Source: Podarcis cretensis
Taxonomy: Eukaryota
Reading direction: 5' to 3'
Assembly (NCBI GenBank): GCA_951804945.1
Contig: OX638151.1
Coordinates: forward strand, 29,512,001-29,576,000
Length of the DNA stretch: 64,000 bases
A program made the position numbers and the translations under genes. The notes beneath the pieces were generated by a model. It saw only the letters and a program-made list of their open reading frames with translations, had not been told where the DNA came from and made no database searches. Below, piece by piece: positions 24,942-38,463 of the stretch (positions within the stretch are counted from its first letter, which is position 1; the number at the start of each line of letters is the position of its first letter).

Positions 24942-25175
24942 CAGTGGTACCTCGGGTTACAGACGCTTCAGGTTACAGACGCTTCAGGTTACAGACTCCA
25001 CTAACCCAGAAATAGTACCTCGGGGTAAGAACTTTGCTTCAGGATGAGAACAGAAATCGTGTGGTGGCAGCAGCGGGAGGCCCCATTAGCTAAAGTGGTG
25101 CTTCAGGTTAAGTACAGTTTCAGGTTAAGAACAGACCTCCGGAATGAATTAAGTACTTAACCCGAGGTACCACTG
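24942..25175 (+). mobile_element. Tigger-like MITE, family A
   Basis: Same TIRs as 1111-1335, TA flanks. Confidence 0.9.
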
Positions 25176-25376
25176 TACTAGATGCACTGAATTAGAATAT
25201 TCACTGCCCTCTAATTTGCTTGCACCAGTTCAGGATGATACTTAATTCCTATCAGATCTTGCTACCTGGGAACATACATTTATTTTCTGATATCATTGGA
25301 CTTCCCTTAAGAATCTGCAGACAGTTGGGGGTGCCTTCTGCTTGGGAATTGGTACCACTCTAGAGGCACTGTTATA

Positions 25377-25697
25377 CAGTGGTGCCTCGCAAGACGAAAT
25401 TAATCCGTTCCGTGAGGCTCTTCGTATAGCGGTTTTTTCGTCTTGCGAAGCAAGCCCATTGACAGCTTAGCGGATTAGCGCTATTAGCGGTTTAGCGGCT
25501 TTTAGCGGATCAGCTGATAAGCGGCTTAGGGCTTAGGAAAAGGGGGAGGGAAACCCCGCAGGAACTCGCAAAACATTTTTGTCTTGCAAAGCAAGCCCAT
25601 AGGGAAATTCGTTTTGCGAAGCGCCTCCAAAACAGAAAACCCTTTCGGCTAGCGGGTTTTCCGTCTTGCGAGGCGTTCGTCTTGCGGGGCAGCACTG
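25377..25697. mobile_element. Tigger-like MITE, family B
   Basis: CAGTGGTGCCTCGCAAGACG / CGTCTTGCGGGGCAGCACTG, TA flanks, internal TTAGCGG repeats. Confidence 0.85.
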
Positions 25698-28509
25698 TAG
25701 TAGGGCATAAATAACATATAATTCTTTGTTAAAATAGTTCCTTGTTTTTAGGTTCCCTATTCAGTCTTAGATTCCTACTTATATGCCTCTTTGAATCACT
25801 GCTTACTTATACGTAGGACTCTGTGTGAACCCATTTGAGGAAGAAATGCTGTTGTTGTAACTATTGTCCTTAAAAATGTGCTCATTCATCACATTCCTGC
25901 ACTCATCCCAACTCAAACCCTGTTTTTCCTTCTATAGGTGTGTGCTAGAGAGCTTAGAACTCTCTCTTCCCACCTATTCATTGTTCTAGATCACTAGCCA
26001 CCTAGTGTTGAACTAGGGTCTAACAACCACATCATGTTTTTATACGTATAATTCATTCATATACATAAATTATAGTGTTTCCATTAAATATTATATAAGA
26101 TACAAGTTCAACAAAAAAACCATCTTACAAGTTCAACAAAAGATACCATCTTAGCTTTTTCTCTGTTGCCAGTTTAGCATTGATATATATTGTGAAGAAA
26201 ATGAGCTCTAAAAATGTAGGCTGCCTGTTCACATAAAAAAGAATTATATCTGCTCTTCAATTCTGTGAGTAATATTCAACTAAGTTTTACTTAGAGTAGA
26301 CCTATTGAAATGATTGAAAATGACTAAACTAGGTCCATTAATTGCAGTGGGTCTAGTCTGAGTAAAATATAGTTGAATACCACCCTATAACTCCCAGGGC
26401 GGTTATTGGACTAGCATTGGAGATTAAAGAAGAAAGGAAATACTTGTTACTGATATAGCCTTTATGCTGCAGTGATTGTTCATAATAAAATTATTTGCTG
26501 CCAAGTTCTGCATTTTTTGACAAATATAATTTAATTTTACCAAATTACTATAGTTAATAGTGAATCATCCATTCAAAATAATAATACTCAACTTTCATTG
26601 ATGAAACAAAATTGTTTTATTGTTTCATTGTTTCATTGATGTTTCATTGATGAAACAAAATTGTTTCAATTAATTAAATTGAATATATATTTGTATGTAA
26701 ATGCTTTTCTTCTGTGTTGTCCAGCACTTACTCGTTTTTGGACAATTCTAGCTTTTACCATTGTTGACAAGAAGTTGGATGGAAATGAAGAACTTGTAAA
26801 AATTCATTCGTAGGCATTTTATTCTCTGCGGTTCATAGATACTGAGGCTGACCAGACAAATCTGCAATAAAAAAAGAGTAATTACTAAATAGGAAACATA
26901 TGTACTAACGTTGACAGGTGTAATTGCTTTTAAAAATCTGAGAATGTATGTTTATATATTTTTATTAATGTTATTGTAAAAATGCTTATTTACTCACATT
27001 TCTCGGCTCTGAGATCTGTTCCTTGAGGACAAAGAAAGGTCACCAGTCTCTTCAAGTCCTAGTTCTTTGTCAAAAGTGGACACAGTTAATGAGGTTGGTT
27101 TGGTACGGCACAAATTCTCAGACACAGATAGAGATCCTTTCAATGGAAACAAATTTGTTTGGCTTTACCAGGTTACTTAGCGATTAATAATAGCCTTGAG
27201 ATGCAGGTCAGAAAGGTCAGTGTACCCGCTTGCCAATACAATCTAAAATGTACAGCAAGTCCAGGTCTCCAGGCTTGGAGGCCTCCAAACACTATGCATA
27301 AAGTAAAACAGGCTATTTTCCAACATCTTTTTTCATATTAATAAGCAATTTTCAAGAGAAGTGTGGCAAAATGGGGGCCATGCCACTCTAAGTAATTCAT
27401 TTATTTTGCAATTTAATCTTATGTTGGAAAAAAATTACACTGCTGCAAAAGCATAGCATGGTGATTTTTAAACGTCAGTATGTTTCATAAGTAACCTTGT
27501 ATGAAATATTGTATTAGAAGCCTTTAACAGTAAAAGGCAACAAAAAGAAAAAAGAAAACATTCCAGGGATTGAAACAGAATAATACATCTTCTCCTATCT
27601 TTAATTTATTTCTGTTTTGTTCTACTTTTGCCTTGTACATTTGAAAGAAAAACATGTGTGATTTACTTAATATTTTACTCTACATGTTATGGATTAATAT
27701 TTTGATGGAAAAGTAAAAAATGACATAGCATATAGATTTTTGTAACAGAGTTTTCTATATCTATGGTAAAAATATTGCCAGATTGCATGTTTTAAAAAGT
27801 TATGACCCATTATACTGAAAATATTATTTATTTGTTTTGTATCCTGCCATTCATCAACAAGCAATCTCAGCATGGGTTACATCATAAAAAAGGGGGGGAA
27901 ATACATCCATTGTAATAGAATGCAGTAGCATTACAAACAACATCAAAACGTTCCATATCTACATATTTATAGATAGCGAGAAACTGAAAATATCTATAAT
28001 TGTAATGGAGTGAAAATGCTCTGGTTTTGTGATGGACAGAGTCAACTGATTGTTGCATGATCATCATAGTTTTCTGAATAGCTATGTAATGCAATGAAAT
28101 CCACAGTCCTACACTTCACACAGGTTTAACTCTGATTATTTTTCAAAGCAAACCTTTAAAGTGCTTCTTGCGTTCAGCCTTTATTTCAGGAGACTCCCAC
28201 TGTGCCAAGACCACAGTACTGTAGTAAGTAACTGATGATGTAAAAGAGAGAACTTGTAAGAACTTATAACTCTGGAGGTGAATTCTAGGGGTAGGAAGCC
28301 TGAATAAACCTAGTTTTCAGTTCATGTCCTAGCTGGGAAGCTTGAGGGCCCATAGCAAATTAGATGAAACTCCAATTTTGGATAAGGAAACTCTGCTGAT
28401 AAAAGTGGTTCCACACCACATGGACATCTTCAGGAGAAGAAAAAGCTAAGGAATGAACCCTACACAAATCTGGAGTGGAGTCTCTAAGGTAGTTGAATGG
28501 TGTCTTGTG

Positions 28510-29585
28510 GGCCATCATTGACCATGGGCTAAAAATGATCAGCATTGACCTTGCTGCTCTACAGGAGACCAAACTTGCTTCAAATGACAGCCTCCAAGAG
28601 ATGAGTGACACCTTTTTCTGGCAAGGAGGGCATCCAGAAGAACCACATACTCACGGTGTAGGCTTCACAGTGTGGAACCCTCTTCTGTCTGCAATAGAAC
28701 CGCTGACCAAGGGCTCAGAATGCTTGCTTTCCCTCACCTTTCAACCACCTCCAGTCCAGTTAACATATTGAATGTCTACACTCCCACTAGACCAGGCTCT
28801 CAGGAGGGGCCCAGCCTGCGAACACCTGGGAGATTTCAATGCTAGAGTTGGAGATGATCATCACACGTGGGGCAACTTCATAGGCCCCTTTAGTATTGGC
28901 AGGATGAACAAGAATGGACAACAGCTGCTAGATCTGTGTTCATATCACAGCCTCTGAACCATGAACAGTTTCTTCTCTACCAAGGCAAAACAGCAAGTGT
29001 CATGGAGATGTCCAAGGTTGGGGCACTGGCACCGGCACCGGCTGCACTTGATTGTCACCAGGTGATTGGCACTGAACTGTGATCATGTCACCTGGAGCTA
29101 CCACAGTGCCAACTGTGACACAGATCACTCACTAGTGATGAGCAAGATCCTTCTCCAATTCTGTCAAAGAAGCTCTACTGAACTGCCCCAGAGACAGCGT
29201 CAAAGCAAAGTGGAACTACCTACAACACAGCTATGTGTTTGGCAAAAGAGAGCAGCAGATCCCTGACTGAGCCTGGCATTAGGAACATGGAGCCTCTTTG
29301 GCATATTCTTCTCCTTGTTGCTCTCCTATGTCTTCAGCTCGACTGAAGACGGTGTCTACATCCATTCAAGGAGTGGCGGGGGACTATTTAACCTGACACG
29401 TCTGCACACCAAGACAAAAGTGTGGTGGGTCCATATCTGAGAGAGGTTCTTTGCAGATGAGGCAGCCTTGATTGTGCACTCCAAGGAAGCTCTAGAGTCT
29501 CACCAACCAATTTGCCCAAACCTGTATGGGATTCGGCTTTGCCATCAGCCTGACAAAGACCAACATCCTGGGTCAGGACGCTGCC
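28510..29585 (+). mobile_element. Degenerate, internally deleted RTE-clade LINE (APE endonuclease plus RT fragments)
   Basis: IDLAALQETKL, TFFWQG, HGVGF, GDFNARVG and NGQQLL (APE), then GLFNL.RL and FADEAAL (RT FADD motif), with stops and frameshifts. Confidence 0.85.
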
Positions 29586-31969
29586 TGGGTTTGTCTAAGT
29601 GCCACCAGCTCCTCTTTGAGAACACGTGCACGGTCCTTCACATATGTATTGGGGATTTTTTCATATGTATTGAAGCTTCCCATTTATAGGTAGGCAATCG
29701 GTGTACCCCTTGAATGCATGCAAAAGTGCCCTGCATGTGCCCTTTGTATCTACATGGGGGTCTTTGAATTAATTGTAATATTTAATTACATGCATCCAAA
29801 CCAGTGCCATTAAAATCAATGGGAGTTTTGCTATTAACTTTACTGTGCTGTGGATTGCACTCCCTGATATTTAATTGATATGGAATATGTTGAAGTATTA
29901 TAAATATTTACCCTACAGGAACTGAATTATTTTCAGTGCTGTATTTTACATAAGATGCCCAGAAAAAGGTCAGAACTTACCTAATTAACATTTATTAAAT
30001 CTACATACATCGCTGAACAAAATTTATGTCTTTCACACACAAGGTTAATTTGAATTAGTGTTTCTTAATACCAATAACAACAAATGTTAATCAAGCTAAC
30101 TTCTACTCTGGGTATATGTTAGTGAGGGTGATACTGTAATGCGTTGTTATAAATATATTATGCAATCACATTTTATCTATGAAATGTTTTAAGGGTTCAA
30201 TAATTGGCAATAGGATTAGTAATTTATTAGAAAAATCATAGAAACAAATTCACAGGGTAGAAAATTCCTGCAAGAGTTCTCTTAACTAATTACTTAATCT
30301 TCTGTGTCTTAATACTGAATCAGACCATTTGTTCATGTAACCCAACACTATCTACCGGTACTCAGACTAGAAGCAGAAGTCCAAGGCAGAAGGATAATGG
30401 TCTGGGGTTGTGTGGAGGTCAAATACACATTACTATTTCTGAAGCAGGGTCCCCCCAGTGTCCTTGCCTCCAGCATCCTGGAGCCAACCAGTCAGAATAA
30501 AAGGGGAGATTTTAGCCAAAAAGTATTTTCACCCTTTCTGTTGATTTGAGCCAATCCGAGTTGAAGGAGGTGAGTCAACCACTGAGGATTGACTTGTAGG
30601 GACACTCTGGTGTCAGATGCGCAAGAACAACATCAATGAGTTGTTCTGTGTATTCCATATAAAAACACAGGCTGCTTCACTTTCAAAAAACTGATGTTAA
30701 AGTTCTGCTACAGACAATGGAACTTCAGGGAAAACACAACTCAATTCACTCCAAAATAATATATTGGAGCACTCCAAATCATATACCCATGTACATGCAC
30801 AGAAAATAGTAGATCTAGCTGAAAGGCAACACATAGAGAACTGCACTAATTGTTGCAATGCCTCCCTAATTATTATTGCTGTATAATCTTACAAGGTTGT
30901 ATAAACTTGGAAAGGGACATGGCTGTGAGGAGGTCTGGTTGTGAGGGGGCATAGCTGTGACTATTATGCAGGGACCCTGCATTTATGAATTTGCTAGTAC
31001 ACGTACCCTCCTGGTCCCAGGTCCATTGGGGAGGAGTTTCCACTTCTGTCACCTGAGATATACCACTGGTGCATGGCCCCTTTCCCAATAAATATGCAGT
31101 AATGAGCAATCTCTATAGGACCCTCTCTGTCAGTCTCTTTATACCTGTAACCTTGTGACTCAGAAAGGGAGACAAATGCTTATTCAACAGCAAAAACACA
31201 GGATAGTTCCTTATTTACAACCTCCCCATGCTTACTGAGCTCTGTTAGTAAGCAGAATGTTGAACTTAGAAAGACCATTGGTCTAACTAAGCATGGCACT
31301 ACACAGTCATCCATAAATATCTATTCTAGGGAGGCTACAAATTTTCATGTGGCATCTAACTCGCATAACCAACTACACGTTTCCTTCATGCTCCGGTACA
31401 ATATGGAGAAGTTTATTCCTTTATCTTTAACTCCTGCCCCAACATTAAAATATCATGCCGTGTTTAGGGAAGCTTAAGTTTCACAGCTCTGTATTGGGAA
31501 GCTTTTGATGTCTGATGTATCTTGGTTTTTTATATTCTGTTGGAAGCCTCCCAAAGTGGCTGGGGCAACCCAGTCAGATGGATGGGGTACAAATAATTAT
31601 TTTAATGTTATTATTAAAACTAAAACCAGTCATTTCTAAACAATTTGTAAGCTGATTTTGTTCTAAAAACATAGATACAAGGATACATAATAGTTTACCT
31701 ATGAATCTTTAAACTCTTGTTTACATGAAGCTGGATCTCCCAGAATGGTTGAGAATCTTAGTGCATTGGCTGAATGTCTCTTGAATTCCTTTGTTCTAAC
31801 AGTACTAGCCAGGCATTGCTGAATGTAGCCAGTCCTGATGTTGTCGATTTCAGTAAACAGTGGACGATGCCAGCATATCATCACTAGGGAAGATGGGCTG
31901 GGAAAGACTTTTTAAAGCACTGATGCCTTTTTACATTGGCCCAGTAATCATTTAAATGTTTTCATGCAG

Positions 31970-32093
31970 GAAAGAACTGGAAGAGTTTGCAGAGATGAAG
32001 GAGAAAGAGGAACAGAAAAAAGCCCTCGAAAGAGAAAAAAGGAAAAAGGATTACCTCGCCCAAAAGATGCATTACCTCCTTAGCACTGTGCAG
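31970..32093 (+). CDS. SPATA17: SPATA17 exon 6 (KELEEFAEMKEKEEQKKALEREKRKKDYLAQKMHYLLSTVQ; coiled-coil-like)
   Basis: catgcag acceptor, CAG|GTTGGT donor, 124 nt; overlaps track ORF 31956-32147; KMHYLLST motif. Confidence 0.95.
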
Positions 32094-35000
32094 GTTGGTG
32101 TACCTGTCCCTGACAGCTCATGCAAACCACTGAGGCCCCTAGCTTGACAGAGATAAACTAGCAGGCTGAATGGGACATGACTTGTTGAAAAGATATCACA
32201 AAGACACTACTTCGAGTTCAATTTAGTGCATTTCTATAGGCGAAAGCAGGTACCATGACTGCTGCGTGACACGACAGCAGCTTCATAGAGGCGGCATCAG
32301 CGCGGCTGGCAGAAAGAGTCCAAGTCAGCAGTTTGATCTGCCATTGTGATAACACAACACAAAGGGCATAACCTCACTTTAAAAACTCATTTTGACTGGC
32401 TTATTGTTGTGGTTGTTTCACTTGTCAAGGACTAACCAGTTATTAAGCTGAGGAGGGGTTTCATATTTTTTCTGTTTTAATTGAGCTAATGCTTTGATCA
32501 GAATTACATTGCTCCACTATGTTTCAAAATAGGTGGTTAAGAATAGATTATCTGTTTAAAAAAACAACAAAAAACTTTCCAGAGTGATCTTCTTGGGTCA
32601 GCAAATTTACCTTGATTACCTTCTTGTAGACAGTACTCTTGAATATATTCCAACAGATCTATTTACTCTTCTTAGAAGGTTTGCTGGAATTCTGAAGAGC
32701 TATTTGGTATGACAGATGTTCCCCTCTTTAATCCCTGCTTAAGTTCATCAGTGCAAATAAGTCTTTTCCTGCCTGCGATAAGTGCTTATTTATATGAACA
32801 TCCATACTGGAAATGCAAGCACAATTGTTTCAGTCTTAAATGGGTATCTGTTATTGATGATTAGACTTTTTATTTAGTCATGCTCACTTTTTGCTTAACA
32901 AGTGTCTTTCTTCCAATCAGGGATCGAAGACAACAGCATAAGATTTTGCCATAGAAAATTTAGCTCCCTTCTTTTGTGTCACATCAATCATGAATAAGCA
33001 ATGTTGGAGTTTGTTTACCTAAGCTGCATAGCAATTAATTATGGGAAAGTGAACTGATTAGTGGAAATTAGTTATTTTAATTGTAAATTTAGTGAAATCA
33101 AGGTTTGTTTGTGAAGAAACAGAAGAAAGGACTAATTAGTAAATCAATATTATTAAAAATGAATTATTCATCTGCTCCTTGAAAGAAAAAAATCTCTCTG
33201 GGAAAGGACTTTTCATTGTTTAAAACTTTAATTTAGATATATAAATACATCCAAATATTTCAAAGAGTGGACAAACCGCATCTCAATGAAGACAGTGCGT
33301 AGGGGTATTTATGGTTAATTTGGAAATTTAAGATTTCTCATCCTCATAATTTCAAGACAATCTACAAACATGCTAATCAAATGGTGCAATATGTAGCAAC
33401 ATGTGAAAATCACACTTGTCTCTGAAGTGTAATGCACTTATTGAAATATTACTTAACAATTTAAGAACTAGCACTTCAGGTCCCAGCCCCCAAATGCGCC
33501 AATGTCATTGCAGAATTGCGGTGTATCTTACATTCCCTGTGATTCGATATGCAGCAGGTTAATGCAAATATGCAAATTATACACACACACACACATTAAA
33601 ATATACAGATTTGTTGCATCCTTATATATTACCTTCTCAGGGTGTCTAATGCTGGTATAAACTTAGCATACAAAGAAGTTAAAAATAGAATTGGAACTGT
33701 ATTTTGATTAAAACTGAGGTTGCTAGAAGACAATGCCTGGAGAAATAAATGACAAGCTCTAAAACTTTATCCTTATGAAATATTGAGCTTTTAATCAACG
33801 TTCTTCGTTTATTGGTGGTTTCAATAACTAGTCAAGTAACACCTAACACATCTAAGCCTTCCTTTGTTTGAAGAAAATTCTTTCTTCATCATCCCTATAA
33901 TTATGAAGAAACTTGCCATAGAATCTATGCCAGTGTTTTCAAGTCATAAATTATGTTATCTGCTCCACCTACTGGTTGCCTTGTGGAAGAGATCCAACTG
34001 CGTACTACAGTTAGAAATACACTGAGATAGTGTTAAGATCTATCCAATTTTCGTATTCATAACATTTCTGTTGAGACTGAGATTTTAAAGAGGGAATTTT
34101 GAGTTTGCTTTTCAGAGAAAGCCATGGAATCCTTATTTTATTTCTTTAAATGGTGCCTGCTTTTCTTCGTGTTATTCTTTCTCAGGTTTGTAGTGCCAGC
34201 ACAAAGCTTTTACAAAGACCGAACAACATCATTGTAGTTTTTTATGCTGAACATCTTTTCTATCTGTAAGACAAATCAGTAAGAGCAGAGCAGGAAACTT
34301 TTATCATCATTTAATATTTGTAAGACACACTACAATTGACAGTGGTTAATTTTTATAATAACAATTCTACATTGTAACCCTTCCCAGAGTGGCTTAAAAT
34401 ATGAACTTAAGCAATGTGTGTCTCCTTGTGTATGTATTTTTAAAATGTAATTTTGTCGCTCAACTTCAGCAAGAAAAAGAAGAATGTGCTGAAACAGTGA
34501 AAGCCAACCAAATTATTACATATATTGTTCCTGTGTTTTGGAAGATTTTGAATCTTCAAGTGACAAGAACTATAAATATACCTGTTTTCTGCCTCTCATA
34601 TTATTGCACCAAAATAGCTACTAACATCCTCTTCCTCCTCTTAAAAGCGACTTGCTATGACAGAGCTTGCATTCATCAGTAATTTGGCTAAAACAACAAA
34701 TGGTAGCATTAAAATCAGTAGTGGAATTATAAAATTAATTTTTTTTAGTTAGTATGCCATGGTAAATGGCTTCTATTGCAGCTTGGCCTGCTGTCTCTGG
34801 TGTTTTGGTTTGTAAAGCGATGATATTTGCAGTATTATTAATTTGCATGTGTTTATTTCTATTTTGGCTCGGCATGTAATGCCTCAGGCTTATATTATTG
34901 ATTCAAAAAGAGCTAAGTAGTCCGTTGTAGCAGTGTTGGCTGCTGTGGCTTTTCGGGATCTGCAGACAAAGATGATGTGCCCACACTGTTTTCTGCTTTT

Positions 35001-35349
35001 TAAACAACTCAATAAAAATAATGATGACATTGTCCTTGAAATGCAACTTGGTGGTACAGTTTTACGGTATGGAGCAAAATCTTACCAATTTTGAAGATAG
35101 TTCTAAATCTTGTGCTATAGCATATTTCCTTCAGATAAATAAATTCGCTGGAGAATTTGAGAGAAAATGGCGAGTAGCGGTCCGTGATCTGGCTTTAGCT
35201 GTCCATATTGTGTGCAGTGAGTTAGTTTTTAATAATAGCCAAACAGAACGTAGAAAAAAAATACTTTCATCATAGTCAGATATAAGATAAAGGAAAGAAG
35301 TCTACTGCATGGAGAAGATCCATTTAAAACATAATACTTTACATTAAAG

Positions 35350-35704
35350 GTAAAGGTACCCCTGCCCGTACGGGCCAGTCTTGACAGACTCTGGGGTTGT
35401 GCGCCCATCTCACTTAAGAGGCCAGGGGCCAGCGCTGTCCGGAGACACTTCCGGGTCACGTGGCCAGCGTGACATCGCTGCTCTGGCGAGCCAGAGCCGC
35501 ACACGGAAACGCCGTTTACCTTCCCGCTGGTAAGCGGTCCCTATTTATCTACTTGCACCCGGAGGTGCTTTCGAACTGCTAGGTTGGCAGGCGCTGGGAC
35601 CGAGCAGCGGGAGCGCACCCCGCCGCAGGGATTCGAACCGCCGACCTTTCGATCGGCAAGCCCTAGGCGCTGAGGCTTTAACCCACAGCGCCACCTGTGT
35701 CCCC
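35350..35704 (-). mobile_element. Full-length Sauria SINE, young
   Basis: tRNA-like head, (ACCTTT)n tail, perfect 16-bp TSD ATACTTTACATTAAAG at 35334 and 35705, CpGs retained. Confidence 0.95.
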
Positions 35705-35805
35705 ATACTTTACATTAAAGATTGCTTAAAATCTTGGTTTTGTGTCATGATCAGTGCAGTTTTCGGGCAATGTCCTCCAGGGAAGAAACACTTGCTTTGG
35801 GGGGG

Positions 35806-36159
35806 GGGACATGGCTAGCACTGTGGGCTAAACCACAGATCCTAGGGCTTGCCGATCAGAAGGTCGGTGGTTTGAATCCCCGCGCAGGGGTGAGCTCCCG
35901 TTGCTTGGTCCCTGCTCCTGCCAACCTAGCAGTTCAAAGCATGTCAAAGTGCAAGTAGATAAAAAGGGACCGCTCCAGCGGGAAGGTAAACAGCATTTCT
36001 GTGTGCTGCTCTGGTTCGCCAGAAGCAGCTTAGTCACGCTAGCCTCATGACCCAGAAGCTGTACGCCGGCTCCCTCAGCCAGTAAAGCGAGATGAGCACC
36101 GCAACCCCAGAGTCATCCACGACTGGACCTAATGGTCAGGGGTCCCTTTACCTTTACCT
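35806..36159 (+). mobile_element. Full-length Sauria SINE (second subfamily)
   Basis: GGGAC...CTGTGGGCTAAACC head, B-box GGTTTGAATCCC, tail GGTCCCTTTACCTTTACC. Confidence 0.92.
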
Positions 36160-38463
36160 GGCCAGATGACACAGCCCTGCCACCATAACTCTTTTTCAGA
36201 TGATTTATTTATTTTGTTTGTAAAATTTATTTCCTACCTCTCATCCCCAAACAATTCCAGGATGGATCACAATAATAAAAATATACCATAAAGTCAGCAT
36301 AAAGTCAGATTTAAAAATTCCCTATTAACACTAGCATGACAATAGGCAGCTCACGTCATCTGTCCCATTTTAGACAATCCAGGTCTCTCTGGATGCCTGC
36401 ATGCATCACACACTATCCCCAAAGTCTTGGTGAAAAAGATAGGTTTCCAGCTGGCACTAAAAACTGTAAGTGTCAGCACCAGCCACATTATGGGGGAAGG
36501 ATATTTCCACAGTTGGGGTGCCATCATTGAGAAAGCCTGATCTTTGCAGGATTCTTAAATCAAAGGACCAACAATACAGAGAGGGGTACTCCTTGAGATA
36601 ACTTGGTCCTAAGATATTAATGGCTGAGCCCCCTGGAAGACCACTATCTGCAAAATAAGAGGACCACCCAGCCAGCTCTTTCAGAGAGATGGCACCTACC
36701 ACAAACCAACTCTAGTTAGCCTACATGAGGCTTCAGTTGGCTATAAATCCCTTTAGAGACAAGAACTTCTGCAGTTGTCTTGACAACTCTTAGAGCTGTC
36801 CAAAGGCCTGGTCCAATCTGCTTTGACTGAATACTACCCGATTGTCCTGTTAGCATCAAGCTCCCATAAAACTTGGTGTCTTGAAAGCACTGTCATTCGC
36901 TTTTGGGAGAAAGAACAAGTGGTGAGTCCATAAAGTAAGGGGAAATCCCAGAGCAAGGAGTTCCAGTGAATGAGTCATATTAAAGGCTTAGTTTAATAAT
37001 TTAAAATGAACACTGCTAAATTAGTTATTAAACAAATGGAGATATATAAATGCCTAGCTAAAATGGAGATACTTTAGGAATAATGCTGGACCTCAGTTAC
37101 AGCATTTCATCAATGAATAAGTAAAACATCACAGATACTGTATACATACAGACTTGCAGATTATAAGTTAGCGTTTCCTGCCTCTTGTTCAAGCAAAATT
37201 ATTATTAAATTCAAGAGGACTTTTCACACTGCAAGATTCTTGCACATAAGAAATCAGTTTTCCATCTACATCTCAACCCAGTTAAGCCAAACCTTTTGAA
37301 TTTAGGATGTTGACACACCACAATTCTAAGACAACTGACTTGGGACTTAGGTCCAAGTACGTGAATTGAGTGTGTGAATTAGAAATCTGATGCAGGTGTC
37401 AGCCTTCCTTGCAACTCACAGCTACACTGAAGTTCTAGAAGGCAAAATCTTAACAAAAGGCTCTCCTTTGTGGGTTCTTTAAATCTTTGAATAATATTTA
37501 GAAATTCTACAGTGAAGTATGAACTTTTTTCTTTGAGGCTAATCTATAATAGATCCTTGGTTATGCCGTTTCAAAATGCATATATACATCTGATTGCAGT
37601 TAAAAGAAATTGGTATTATTTTTAACAAAGAGATTACACTGTATGGAATCATTCACTTCTTTATTTTTGCAATATTTTCAAAGTATGTGTATGCATATTT
37701 AAATTTCCAAATCATTCTTTCACCTCTTGACAGAGAGAGAGGCCACCAGAGCTCTCCCCTCCGTCTGGACATTACCAGGAATGTTCACTGGAATTCTTAA
37801 GGAAGCATTAACTGCAGTACCTGGAAAAATATCATGTTTCTTTTCAGTTTCCCACAAGAGTAATTGAATGTTGAATATCTTACTAAATGCTGGACTGTGA
37901 CAGTGTGTTAACACTCTTGACTATCTCCTAACAGCAGGGCAATTATTTGCTGAGTGGGATTTTTATAAATCCCCTGGCAGTAGTATGTTCTGATAATTAT
38001 GATGAAGTGCATTGGTCAGTGTTGATTCAGCAATTCCGTTTCCAGCAAATATTTCTTTCACACCTCTCCTTCATGCTTCTACATTTATGGTTTCTTTTTT
38101 CAAGAAATGCGCTCTCTGTTTCTCCGTCTCTGTGTGTTTAACAAAGAAAGTAGAATAGATTACATGCACACAAAAAGTTTTAAGGAAAACGCTAGTGCTT
38201 TGCAAGGGAAGGATCTAGGGATCAGGCTGTCATGCAATGTCGTTGACGACTTACCCATTTTGGACAGAGTAATATTGTTTGCCTTTTGGGGTTACCTGTG
38301 TGCCCAACATTGATCTTGAATCTCAGGTTGAACTCTGTCTTTCTTCCAAATTCACTATATATACCAACTGCACCCTTCCTGGATTTGTGAGGTCTAACCA
38401 CCATTATACATGCCTTGGTAAGTTTTCAACTAGATTTTATCAGTGCATTGTATGTGCAACTAC

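Noticed and set aside
28493-28957. Endonuclease-like ORFs as a domesticated gene
   Set aside because: Multiple stops, frameshifts and deletions; a dead RTE copy.
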